Assembly: GCA_963785235.1 (NCBI GenBank)
Contig: CAWAUM010000007.1
Span: 224,001-288,000 of the forward strand
Length of the DNA stretch: 64,000 nucleotides
Direction of reading: 5' to 3'
Source: an uncultured delta proteobacterium
Lineage (GTDB): Bacteria > Desulfobacterota > Desulfomonilia > UBA1062
This document shows, piece by piece, positions 10,191-20,710 of the stretch. Each line of letters begins with the position of its first letter. The stretch's first letter is position 1. The position numbers and the translations under genes were made by a program. The notes under the pieces were generated by a model. That model was not told the origin of the DNA. It saw nothing but the letters and a program-made list of their open reading frames with translations, and ran no database searches.

Positions 10191-13189
10191 TCATATCCCG
10201 TACTCTGCACGCTCGATGAGCTCGAGCTGCATGTCCTTGTTGAGCGTGACGAAATAGGCGTTGTACCCCGATATGCGCACCAGCAGGTTCCGGTAGTTTT
10301 CGGGGTGGGCCATGGCGTCCCGGAGCGTCTCCGTGGTCACCACATTCATCTGCATCTGCATGCCGCCCAGCTGGAAGTAGGTCTTGGCATAGGAGAACAT
10401 GTCATTGACCGTCTTCTCGCGGGTGTCATGGGCCGACGGGACCACCTTGACATTGAAGGCGATGTTGTTGGTGATATTGGCCGGGTCCAGCCTTGCCACG
10501 TCCTTTATGTTGTCCAGCAGGTTCTTGGACGCGCAGGGCTGGGGGGTGAGGCCGGGTGTGAAGGGTTTGCCTGCAAGCCGCCCTGACGGCAGGGCGCCCG
10601 TGAGGTTGCCGAAGATCACGTGGTTGGACATGGACCAGAAGCCAACCGTATATTTCCCTCCCCGGTAATGGTCCAGGCTGTAGTAATGGTCATGCGCCCA
10701 CTTGGTCACCTTGTTGGCCATGGCAACGGCCTCATCGCTGCCCGAGCCGAACAGCGGCACCTTCTTGGTCACCAGGGCATAGAGGGCACCATGATTCTTG
10801 AAATTGGTATCCACCGCCCTTTTCAGCTCTTCAAAGGTGACCTTCTTCTCATCGAACACGAGCTTCTTGATGACCATGAGGGAATCCGTCACATCCGCCA
10901 GACCGATGATGGCTGCACCGGAACTGTTGTATACGGCGCCCCCCTTGGTGACATCCTTTCCTTTTGCTGATGCAGCCGCCGATGAGCGAAGAGAGCAGCG
11001 GGGTAGGGCGCAGTTCCTGGTGGGCCCGGCCAAGCATATGGTTGTACTCGATGGACTGGTCGATGATGAAGGCGAACTGCTTGGTGAAGGCATCGAAGAA
11101 GTCGTCAAAGGTCTTGAAGGACCCGTTTTCTATCCTGCCGGTGTCCGGGCCCGAGCTTCCAGTTCATCACCGGGTGAAGGCCGTTGTTCATGGCCATCTC
11201 CAGGGCTGCCACCATGTTCATCATCTGCATGTTGGTGTGGCCGATGTGCTTGCACGAAAGCGTCGGCTCCACGCAGCCGGTGGCCGACCAGTTGCGCAGG
11301 TCTCTGATGTCATAGTTGAATTTCTTCAAAGAGCCCATGACCACCTCGTCGTTGTGCATGGACGGGGTGGCCGCGGTGATGAGGTTCACCTCGCACAGCC
11401 GCTTCAGATAGGTGTCGCTGTTGATGCCGGGGTGGAAGCGTGCATTCACATTGGGGTCGCGGATGGACAGCATCTCGGTCACCTTGAGGAAGATGTAGGT
11501 CATGTCGCACACGGCATCGTCACCATCAGGCGTTACGCCTCCCAAGGTGATGGCCTGGTCCGAGGAGCTGCCGCCGAAATAGAAGTTGGCCAGGTCGGGG
11601 GTGAGCGGCAGATGGTCGGTGCAGCGCATGTAAAAGCACCCGATGAGCTCGATGGCGTGCCGGATGTATTCGTCCCGCTCGGCATCCGTGGCCAGCCTTG
11701 CCATGTCGGCTGCAAAGTAGGGCTGGAACCACTGGTCGAGCCTTCCCAGCGAGAGCCCGGCATTGGTGCTCTCCTGGTGGAGGGCCACCCAGGTGATCCA
11801 GGTGGCGTTCACCGCCTCATCCAGGGTCCGGGCAGGGTTTTCCACCACCTGTGAGCAGATCTCGGCAAGCTTCAGCAGCTCCATCTTGCGTGCGGGATCG
11901 GTCTGCGCCCCGGCATCGATTGATGCCTGTTTCGAGAGGTTCTTCGAATAGCTCGTGAGCCCTTCAAGACACAGGATCATGGCTTCAAGGGTTGCCTTCT
12001 TTTCCTCGTCGCATGCCCCGGAAGCAAGTTCTGAGCGTATCTCTTCCATCATGCCCCTGGTGCCCATCTTCATGATCTTGGGAAAGTCGGGGATGGTGTG
12101 GGATATGGTGGCCTGTTTCCAGTTGAAGTACACGGCAAAGCGCTCGTCGATCTTCTGGCACAGGGGCCTGCCATATTTTTCACGCACCCACTCCTTGAAG
12201 TTCCGGTTTGCCCAGTAGGGGAAGACCTCATGGTGCAGGATCTTCATGGTCTCTTCCGAGATGTCCGCCGGGTTGAGCGTCCGGTGGGGCAGGGTGAGGA
12301 GCTCGGACCAGATCATGGTGCCGTGGCCTTCGGGATATACCACCACGCCGATATCCTTTGTGGTTGTGGTGCCGGCGATGAGGTCGTTTTTCCGGATAAT
12401 GGGCTTCTTGTTTTCCAGGAAGTGCTTAAAAGCTCGGGCCTTTCTTGTAATGGGGACCCACGGTTTGCCATCACGATCCGTTTCAAAACCCAAGGCCTTG
12501 TGCCAGTCAGTGACGATCTTGGGCAGTTCATGACAGACCTCGGGCCTTAGGGTCAGGTGGATATCCAGGAATTCCTTCACCCGGGGGAAGTCTTTCAGGG
12601 AGTACAGGGACAGGTATGGCTCGTTGAGATATTTTACGCCCGGGTCAATGGTCTCGGCCTTCATTCCATACGCGCTTCGGGCATGGATCTCGTTGCTCAG
12701 GTCGGTCCTTGCTACAGGTGATTCCTTTAAAAGGTTCTTCTTGTCAGTTGCCCTCTCTTTTTCCATGAGGGTTTTCTGCTTCTTGTTGATGAGTACGGAC
12801 AGGAGGAAGAAGAACAGATTGAGGTACGAGGCATTGCCCTCGAACCTGAGCTCGCTCTTGAGCATCATGAAGATCTGCTCCGTGGGTGTGGCGGAAAGCA
12901 GTTTCTTTACTGCCTTGTCCGTGCTGAAGTGCAGAACCACATCAGCCTTTTCCGGGATGGAGCCTATCACCGTGACATTGCCTTCATGAAAGATGATGCC
13001 CGCTGTCACGGAATCGTTTTCCGTGCGTATGCCGAGCGAAAAATTGATCCATCCCATGTCGCTTTTCAGATAGGAATTCAAAGGCCCCCACAGGTTATAA
13101 CCGGCGGCCATGAGGCGAAGCAGCATGTGGATCATGATATTGGTGGATGTCTTCCTGACGTGTTCCTGACCGGCTTTCTCTAGCATCAT
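10191..13189 (-). CDS. Glycyl radical enzyme (~1000 aa) with N-terminal SCP2-like extension; frameshifts near 11148 and 10963
   Basis: Cys loop ATGCVEP, glycyl loop LLVRISGYNAYF, PSGRLAGKPF; three ORF pieces join into one PFL2-type fold; ~150 extra N-terminal residues. Confidence 0.9.
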
Positions 13190-13212
13190 GGTACACCCCC
13201 AAGGTATAGTTT

Positions 13213-13869
13213 TTATCTCACGCGAAATGCATGTCTCACGGTAGTAAGCTGTTCGATAAGGTTATCGACCCTGCGCTTAAGGGCCTCTTTGCTGTTTTCA
13301 TCGACCTCGGCAAGGACGTGGCTGTTGAAAAGGCTGATTATGCCGTGCAGGTCGGACCACAACTGGATGTTGATGTCGCGGATCAGGGCTTCATGATTAT
13401 CACACGCACCTATGAGCTCTTTGATGATGCCGGCAATGAGATGGAAGTTTTTCATGGCAGTCGCCTTCTCAAAGGCGGCAACGGGTTCCAGGACGGTTCC
13501 GATATAGTCGATATACTTGGGCGTGTGGAGATTGAACATGAGGTCATAATAGCCTGGGTAGGTGATCCCGAAATTGACATAGGCCCAGACCAGGGCCTTT
13601 ATTCTGTTTTGAAGGGCGGTTTTCTTACCCGATTCCCTGGAGAGCATGGAAAAGAGCATCTCAAAGCCTCTGACCCGGATCATGAGATTGATCTCGTCCT
13701 TGCTGGAATAGTAGTTATAGATATTTGCAGCCGTGATACCGAGACGCGCTGCGATTTTGCGCATGCTCAGCTTGTTGAATCCCTCCTCGATGATCAAGGC
13801 AAGGGCCACATCGAGTATCTTTTCCTTGGTATTGTTTATCTTATCCTGGGTCCAGGCCGCCTTTGGCAT
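13213..13869 (-). CDS. TetR/AcrR family transcriptional regulator
   Basis: HTH LSMRKIAARLGITAANIYNYYSSKDEI; C-terminal LWSDLHG; start could alternatively be TTG at 13884. Confidence 0.92.
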   Translation of the reverse strand: MPKAAWTQDKINNTKEKILDVALALIIEEGFNKLSMRKIAARLGITAANIYNYYSSKDEINLMIRVRGFEMLFSMLSRESGKKTALQNRIKALVWAYVNFGITYPGYYDLMFNLHTPKYIDYIGTVLEPVAAFEKATAMKNFHLIAGIIKELIGACDNHEALIRDINIQLWSDLHGIISLFNSHVLAEVDENSKEALKRRVDNLIEQLTTVRHAFRVR

Positions 13870-13913
13870 AAGGTCCTCTTTCAACTCCCCGAAGAGATAT
13901 GAACGCCGTTCAG

Positions 13914-13926
13914 TTAACAGTGTTAA
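13914..13926. promoter_or_regulatory. Putative TetR operator palindrome
   Basis: Perfect inverted repeat TTAACA-G-TGTTAA about 45 bp upstream of tetR. Confidence 0.6.
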
Positions 13927-14157
13927 TATAACCTGAAATAATTTTCGTCAAGATGGATATTTTATTGATTGGACACAGGACAGTCCTGGGCCTTGACTTG
14001 ACCATAACTCGGTCTCTACTATAGTCAGACCTACCTGCCCTTTATGGAAGGATGACCTGGATTTAAGCGCGTGTATCTTGGCCGGCAGATTGGCTGAGTT
14101 GCGGAAGAGTTTTGAAGAAATCGACAGGGATTGACGAGGGAGAATAAGGAGTAGTCC

Positions 14158-16517
14158 ATGAGGGGTACGATAATAGTTCTTGTTTCGGTATGTGGTCGGG
14201 CTCTTTCTCGCATGTGCTGCGAAGGCTCCGGCGCCGGTGGCCTTTCAGTTTCCCACGAGACATATCGATTACATGAAGGAGGTAAAACCCCTGCTCGACC
14301 GCCGCTGTGTGGTATGCCATTCCTGTTACAATTCCCCCTGCCAGCTCAAGCTCGACTCTTTCGAGGGTGCGGACCGCGGCGCCACGAAAAGGGCTATTTA
14401 CAATAGCTCGCGACTGAGATCCATGGATCCAACCCGTCTCTTCACGGACGCCCAGTCTACCGAGGAGTGGCGTCAGAAAGAATTTTTCAGCGTGACCGAC
14501 AGCAAGGCATCAGGCGATTTGAACGACTCCATCATGATCGAGATACTTTCCCACAAGATGAAAAACCCGAAAAGCGTCGGAGAGTACAAGCCCGAAGCTG
14601 AAGATTTAACCTGTTCCGAAAACCAGGAAGAACTCGGGAGCTACCTGGAAAAACACCCGAACAACGGCATGCCGTTGGGATTTCCGGCGCTCAAGCCCGA
14701 AGAATTCGATATCATTGCGGGCTGGCTGGTTCAGGGCGCCAAGGGACCTGATGCAGCAGAGCAGGAGATGCTGGTCACGCCGAAAGCAAGCGATGCCCTG
14801 GCCATAAAACAGTGGGAAACCTTTCTTAACCTAGACGACGCCAAGCACGTCATGACCGCGCGCTATCTCTATGAGCATCTGTTTCTGGCCCATATTAAAT
14901 TCGGCACGCCAGACCCTTGAATACTATGAACTGTTCCGCTCGAAGACCCCGCCCGGCGAGCCTGTTGATCTCATCGCCACCGTGCGCCCCTATGATGACC
15001 CCGGTACCCCGCGGGTCTACTATCGTTTCAGAAAGATCCACTCCACCATCGTCCACAAGACCCATATGGTTTTCGTTCTTGATGACGCCAAACTGAGCCG
15101 TGTCAAGGAGCTTTTTATCCAGCCGGAATGGTTGCAGCCCCCGCATACGGTAGGCTATGGCAAGAAACTGAGCGCCAATCCTTTTGTCGCGTTTGAACAG
15201 ATTCCCCCGCGTTCGCGCTACCAGTTCCTGTTGGACAACGTACATTATATCATCATGTCCTTCATCCACGGTCCGGTCTGTAAAGGTCAGATTGCCCTCA
15301 ATGTGCTCAATGATCATTTCTGGGTCATGTTCCTGGACCCTGATCACGATCTGAGCGTGGCGTATCCGGCCTTTCTGAAGCTGCACAGCGACAAGCTGCG
15401 CATGCCGATTGAAGCCGGCAGTGACCTGCGCGTTTTTAATGTAATGAACGATGAATATGAAAAGGCCGCCGTTGAGTTTTATAAAGTCCGGCAGGATTTT
15501 TACACGTCGCATCACTACGAAGGTCTCGGCTATGAATCCCTCTGGAAGGGAAACAAGGCCGCCGATGCACCGTTGCTCACGATCTATCGCCATTTTGACA
15601 GCGCATCCGTACATAAAGGGGTCCTGGGAAATCTGCCGAAAACCATGTGGGTGGTGGACTATCCTCTGCTGGAACGGATCTATTATGCGCTGGTTGCCGG
15701 ATTTGATGTGTACGGCACGATCAGCCATAATCTCTCGCTGCGGTATTACATGGATGCGCTGCGCGTTGAAGGCGAGAGCTACTTCCTGGATTTTCTGCCC
15801 GCAGCAAAGCGGCAGGAGATCATGAAGTCGTGGTATCAGGGGGTTGATCTCAAAAAGATTGCATACTATCCTTCCGCTCTGCCGACAAAAATTTCCTTTG
15901 TGACGGACGAACCGAAGCGTGAGTTCATGGAATATATGGTGAACAAACACATTATGCCTGCAACAGATATCGCCTTTGATGCCGTGAACTATGAGCGGGG
16001 AGATGTTGCCTATCCTGGCTTGCCGGATCAAGACAAAACGAAGAATGAATACCTCAAGGCTTTTCGTGCCATATCCAAACCCGGCACGCCATTTTTCTCA
16101 TTGATGAAAGATTACAACATCCATATCGCCTATATGAGAATACGTTTGAAAAATGGAAAAGATCTGGCAATCTCCATCGTGATCAATCAATGGCATGGTA
16201 ATGTTACCCATTTATTCAGTGAAAGTGCTCGACTCGATGTATCAAAGGACAGCGCCGATTTTATTTCCGGCCTCATCGGATCGTATCCAAACTATTTTTT
16301 TGATGTCCGTGAAGAGGACCTGCCCGACTTTTTCGATCTCCTGGCTCATTTTGATAACAGACCGAAAGATTTTGAGAGACTGGACAAATACGGCGTCAAC
16401 AGGGCACAGGATAGGCTCTGGGATGTGTATGACTGGTTTCAAAAACGATTCTATGAGGATGAACCCGTAAACTCCGGGCTGTTCGATTTGAACCGGTACT
16501 ACTACCTAGCCAAGTAG
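14158..16517 (+). CDS. cti: Fatty acid cis/trans isomerase (heme c, lipoprotein-like signal); frameshifts near 14195 and 14915
   Basis: RRCVVCHSCYNSPCQLKL (CxxCH), GADRGATK, YLYEHLFLAH, RHFDSASVHKG, ERIYYALVAGFDVYG, GLFDLNRY are all typical of Cti. Confidence 0.9.
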
Positions 16518-16650
16518 GGTACGGTATTTTTTAGAGTGCTTATACCGTGGAATGACCCAAAACGGGCATTCATGGCCCAATGAGAATCATTATATAACTC
16601 ATTGAATAGTTGTATGGAATAATTACCGGTTCTGTGAGAATGGGCCTGAG

Positions 16651-16667
16651 TGGACATGGAAGTCCCA
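16651..16667. promoter_or_regulatory. Putative enhancer (UAS) palindrome GGAC-N6-GTCC
   Basis: TGGACATGGAAGTCCCA, ~90 bp upstream of the -24 GG; a matching site lies at 22656. Confidence 0.5.
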
Positions 16668-16739
16668 ATAGCGTAGGCTGTCGGAATATGGCATGAAAAA
16701 ATATCTAATAATATCAGATTAATACTTGAAGTATCCCTC

Positions 16740-16756
16740 TTGGCACCCTCCTTGCT
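16740..16756 (+). promoter_or_regulatory. Sigma54 (-24/-12) promoter of the second GRE
   Basis: TTGGCACCCTCCTTGCT, consensus GG-N10-GC. Confidence 0.8.
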
Positions 16757-16908
16757 CATGAATGTCCTATGCATACGGTACGGTAGCATGTGTGAGGATG
16801 TGATGCACAGCAAGGGCATTCATCCTCAGGATAGAAGTTTTATCTGGCTTTATAAACATCACATGCACGCAATCCTTTTCAAGGAAAGACGAGCGGGGAG
16901 GTCCAATC

Positions 16909-19302
16909 ATGGCATGTACAATGAGGAGCAAGGTTTTACGGGATGAGACGTGCATCAAGTCACTGGGAAGGCTGGCTGACAAACGGGCGGTGCGCGAAGG
17001 GCTCAAGATCTGCCTGGAGCGGGCACGGATCATGACCGAAGTATTCAAGGCAAGCGAGGGAGAGCCCATGTGCATCCGCAGGGCCAAGGGACTGGCCGCG
17101 GTCCTGGACAACATGACCCTTTTCTCCCGAGATAAGGAGCTCATTGCAGGCTGCTTTGCAAGCTCGGAAAAGGCATGCCCGACCTACCCTGAGCTCTACT
17201 GGAGGTGGCTTGAAAAGGCTGTTGAAACCAAGCCCGACTATGCCTCCATGCTGACCGAGGTGGGCAAACAGGAGCTGTTCGCCATCCACGAGTACTGGAA
17301 ACCCTTTTCCATCCATGGCCGGGAGCGTGACTATATCCCTCCCGGAAGGTCCTGGAGGATAGGCGACTTCATCACGGGCGGATGGATGTGGCAGTGGGAG
17401 ATCTCCACGCCCAACTACGAGAAGATCCTGAGTATAGGACTCAGTGGGATTATTGCGGAGATCGACAAGAAGCGCTCCGAGGTCCTGTCCGACATCTCCA
17501 TCCCGACCGAGAAGCGCATGAAGATGATCGATGAGCTGACCGCCATGAAGATTTCCACCGAGGCGGCAGCACGGTGGGGCCGGCGATATGCGAAGATGCT
17601 CCAGGAGCACAAGCTTACCGTGAAGGACAAGGCGAGGCGCTCAGAACTCGACAAGATGATCGAGGCATGCTCCCAGGTACCCGCAGGGCCGGCTCGCAAC
17701 CTGCACGAGGCACTGCAGTGCTTCATCATGATCACCTTTATCGTCAACTATATCGACCAGCCCCAGGTGGGCAACGGCATCCGCTTTGACAAGATCTTCG
17801 GGCCATATCTTGAAAAGGATATCAAGGCAGGCGTGCTCAGCCGTGAGCAGGCCAAGGAACTGGTGGAAGGGGTCTGGGTGAAGATGCAGGAGGGGGGATA
17901 TGTTCAGCCGCCCCAATGGGTGAACAACGGCGGCGGCGGGCTTGGTTTCCAGACCATCACCCTAGGCGGCACGGATGAAACGGGAAAGGACATCACCAAT
18001 GACATGACCTACCTGGCCCTGAAGGTAACCGGAGAGCTCCAGACCATTGCCCCGCAGATTGCGGTTCGTATCCATGACAATACGCCCAAGGAGCTCTACC
18101 AGGCCATCTTCAGGTGCGTACGAACCGGATGCGCCCAGCCGGCGGTGTTCAATGACCAGGTAAACCTGCTCAGGCTCGAAGGCCTCGGATGCTCAAAGGA
18201 AGAGGCGAGGCTCTATTCCATCAACAACTGCATGCAGCCGGTCATACCCGGAAAGAACTGCCACTACCGTGCAGGGCACAGCGGAGGATTTGTGCTGCCC
18301 ATGTGCCTGAACCTGGCCCTTGATGAAGGCAGGTTCAGCGGCAAGGTGGTAGGTGCGCCGACACCCTCCATCTCAAAGCTGAAGACCTATGATGATGTGT
18401 GGAAGGCATTCTGCGCCCAGGTGGAGTTTGCTGCCGAGACCCTGGGCATCATCTCCAACATTGCGGATGTACTCCTGAAAGAGTACATCCCCCGGCCGTT
18501 CCTCTCGGCCCTGCTGGACGGCAATATCGAGAAGGGATGCGATATGAGGGACTGGGAATATCTGGGCCTGCGGCATCACCTGGTCTTCGGGGTCAACAAT
18601 GCGGCAGACGGCCTGGCAGCCATAAAAAAGCTCGTCTTTGACGAGAAGAAGCTTACTCTTGAAGAGTACCTGAAGGCGGTCCAGGGCAACTACCAGGGCA
18701 AGTATGAGAGCACCTACCGCCTGATAGAACAGGGCGCACCCAAATTCGGCAACGACGATGACTATGTGGATTTCATCAGCCGAGACATAATGCTCAAGAT
18801 ACGCCAGGAATGCGACAAGTGGACAGACATCTATGGCAAGCCTTTTATCTTAGACGGCACCACTGCATCGGCCCCCATTGGTGCAGGAATGATCCTGCCT
18901 GCTACCTGCGATGCGCGCATGGAAGCAGAGCCTTTTCATGACGGCAGCATCTCCCCGGTCCAGGGAAGAGACACCTCGGGCCCCACTGCCACAGTAAGGT
19001 CTGTGGGCAAGGTGAAGACGCTTGAGACCGGCAACTTCCTTCTGAACCAGAAGTTCATGCCCTCCTTCTTTGATGTGCAGAACTACGAGGTCATGGAAGG
19101 GTACATGAAAACGCTGCGTGACATGGGCATCCATCATGTGCAGTTCAACTGCGTGGACAAGGGCACCATGCTCGAGGCCAAGGCGCATCCCGATAAATAC
19201 CGGGACCTCATCGTACGGGTTGCAGGGTATTCCGCTTACTTCATAGACCTGGACAACCGGATGCAGGACGAGATCATCAAGAGGACCGAGCAGGCGTTCT
19301 GA
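16909..19302 (+). CDS. Glycyl radical enzyme of unassigned class (PFL2/PflD-like, 797 aa)
   Basis: Glycyl loop LIVRVAGYSAYF, Cys loop INNCMQP, PKFGNDDDYVD, ITLGG; RBS GGGGAGG. Confidence 0.92.
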   Translation: MACTMRSKVLRDETCIKSLGRLADKRAVREGLKICLERARIMTEVFKASEGEPMCIRRAKGLAAVLDNMTLFSRDKELIAGCFASSEKACPTYPELYWRWLEKAVETKPDYASMLTEVGKQELFAIHEYWKPFSIHGRERDYIPPGRSWRIGDFITGGWMWQWEISTPNYEKILSIGLSGIIAEIDKKRSEVLSDISIPTEKRMKMIDELTAMKISTEAAARWGRRYAKMLQEHKLTVKDKARRSELDKMIEACSQVPAGPARNLHEALQCFIMITFIVNYIDQPQVGNGIRFDKIFGPYLEKDIKAGVLSREQAKELVEGVWVKMQEGGYVQPPQWVNNGGGGLGFQTITLGGTDETGKDITNDMTYLALKVTGELQTIAPQIAVRIHDNTPKELYQAIFRCVRTGCAQPAVFNDQVNLLRLEGLGCSKEEARLYSINNCMQPVIPGKNCHYRAGHSGGFVLPMCLNLALDEGRFSGKVVGAPTPSISKLKTYDDVWKAFCAQVEFAAETLGIISNIADVLLKEYIPRPFLSALLDGNIEKGCDMRDWEYLGLRHHLVFGVNNAADGLAAIKKLVFDEKKLTLEEYLKAVQGNYQGKYESTYRLIEQGAPKFGNDDDYVDFISRDIMLKIRQECDKWTDIYGKPFILDGTTASAPIGAGMILPATCDARMEAEPFHDGSISPVQGRDTSGPTATVRSVGKVKTLETGNFLLNQKFMPSFFDVQNYEVMEGYMKTLRDMGIHHVQFNCVDKGTMLEAKAHPDKYRDLIVRVAGYSAYFIDLDNRMQDEIIKRTEQAF

Positions 19303-19368
19303 AAAGGAATTTAAGGCCATCCCTTAAGTGAAGATGTACGGGGTGGTGGCAAAGGTCCGAAAAGCCGG

Positions 19369-19417
19369 CCCGTTCAAATCTGTCAACTCGCTTTTTGAGT
19401 TGATGGATTTGAACGGG
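19369..19417. terminator. Long stem-loop downstream of the second GRE
   Basis: CCCGTTCAAATCTGTCAACTC pairs with GAGTTGATGGATTTGAACGGG (with G:U pairs). Confidence 0.6.
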
Positions 19418-19508
19418 TAAAATGAAGGAAAGGCGTGAACATGGGCAGGTCCGTGTTTAATGGCTATTTACACTTGATCGGGATTGATTTGAGCGTCCAG
19501 GTTCTGGC

Positions 19509-19560
19509 CTTTTCAAAGGATCAATCTCCCCGAAAAGGGGGAGATTGATCCTTTGAAAAG
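19509..19560. repeat. Perfect 23-bp inverted repeat just upstream of the activase RBS
   Basis: CTTTTCAAAGGATCAATCTCCCC-GAAAAG-GGGGAGATTGATCCTTTGAAAAG. Confidence 0.8.
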
Positions 19561-19582
19561 GTTGATGAAAAATGGAGTTGCA

Positions 19583-20515
19583 ATGACACGACAAGCATCA
19601 GAAGAGCATGAAAGAACACAGGGAACCATATTCAACATCCAGAACTTCAGCATCCATGACGGCCCTGGAATAAGGACCACAATGTTCCTCAAGGGCTGTC
19701 CGTTGCACTGCCCCTGGTGCTCGAACCCCGAGTCCATATATCCGGCCATCCAGATCAAAATCTCGCCGGAGAAGTGCCGGGGGTGCAAAAAGTGCTCTGA
19801 TGCCTGCGAGAGCGGCGCCCTTTCAATGGAGAATGGAAAGGTCCGTTTTGAACACTCCTTATGTACGGATTGTCTTGCCTGTGCGGGTGTATGTGAAAGC
19901 GGCTGCATCACGAAAATAGGGTCACGTATCAGCGCTGATGAAGCAATAGAAAAGCTCCTGAGGGACAGGCCCTTTTATGAGAATACCGGCGGCGGCGTCA
20001 CTGTATCAGGGGGGGAACCCCTTTTCCAGCAAGAATTCGTATCAGAGATATTGAGCAGGCTCCACAAGCATGGTGTGAATACGGCTGTTGATACCTCGGG
20101 CTTTGCCAGCCGGCCGGCCTTTGCCGGCATCATCGATAACGTGGACCTTTTTCTTTTCGACATCAAGCACCTGGACAGGGAAAAACACCGAAGCACCATA
20201 GGCGTAGACAATGATGTCATCCTGAACAACCTTAAGGAGTGCGCAGCCCGGACTCAGGTTTGGACCAGGACCCCTCTCATACCGGGATTCAACGATGACT
20301 TCGAGGTTACCGACGCTATCGCCAGGCTTGCACATGAAGTCGGTGCCCAGCGATGCTGCTTCCTGCCCGTGCATCGATGGGGCGAGCACAAGTATTCCCG
20401 GCTCGGTCTTGCGAATCCTTATGAAAACATCCGAGAATTTTCAGCAGGGGAGATTGAAATATTCAAAGAGCGGTACAAAAGACAGCAAGGATTCGTGTTT
20501 TTCGAGGCGGCATAA
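19583..20515 (+). CDS. Glycyl radical enzyme activating enzyme with ferredoxin insert
   Basis: HDGPGIRTTMFLKGCPLHCPWCSNPES, 2x CxxCxxCxxxC, GGVTVSGGEP; start ATG 19583 with GGAG RBS. Confidence 0.93.
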   Translation: MTRQASEEHERTQGTIFNIQNFSIHDGPGIRTTMFLKGCPLHCPWCSNPESIYPAIQIKISPEKCRGCKKCSDACESGALSMENGKVRFEHSLCTDCLACAGVCESGCITKIGSRISADEAIEKLLRDRPFYENTGGGVTVSGGEPLFQQEFVSEILSRLHKHGVNTAVDTSGFASRPAFAGIIDNVDLFLFDIKHLDREKHRSTIGVDNDVILNNLKECAARTQVWTRTPLIPGFNDDFEVTDAIARLAHEVGAQRCCFLPVHRWGEHKYSRLGLANPYENIREFSAGEIEIFKERYKRQQGFVFFEAA

Positions 20516-20710
20516 ATCAAACCATTACGCATATCTTTTTTCCCATTCTATCAAACCTGAGGATTCAAGCCCTTTTTGCGTATAAGGCTGGCTGCGTATC
20601 CAAAAGAAATGATTTGACTTTTAATGAGTAATTATTATTATCGTTAACATTGGAATTAGTTTTCCCTGTGATAGCTCACCAGTGATGAAGGCATCAAGGA
20701 GGTTTCCGGT

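Noticed and set aside
10191-19302. Calling either unassigned GRE pyruvate formate-lyase or choline TMA-lyase
   Set aside because: Neither has the PFL Cys-Cys pair, and no microcompartment or cut genes are present; GCVEP alone is shared by several eliminases
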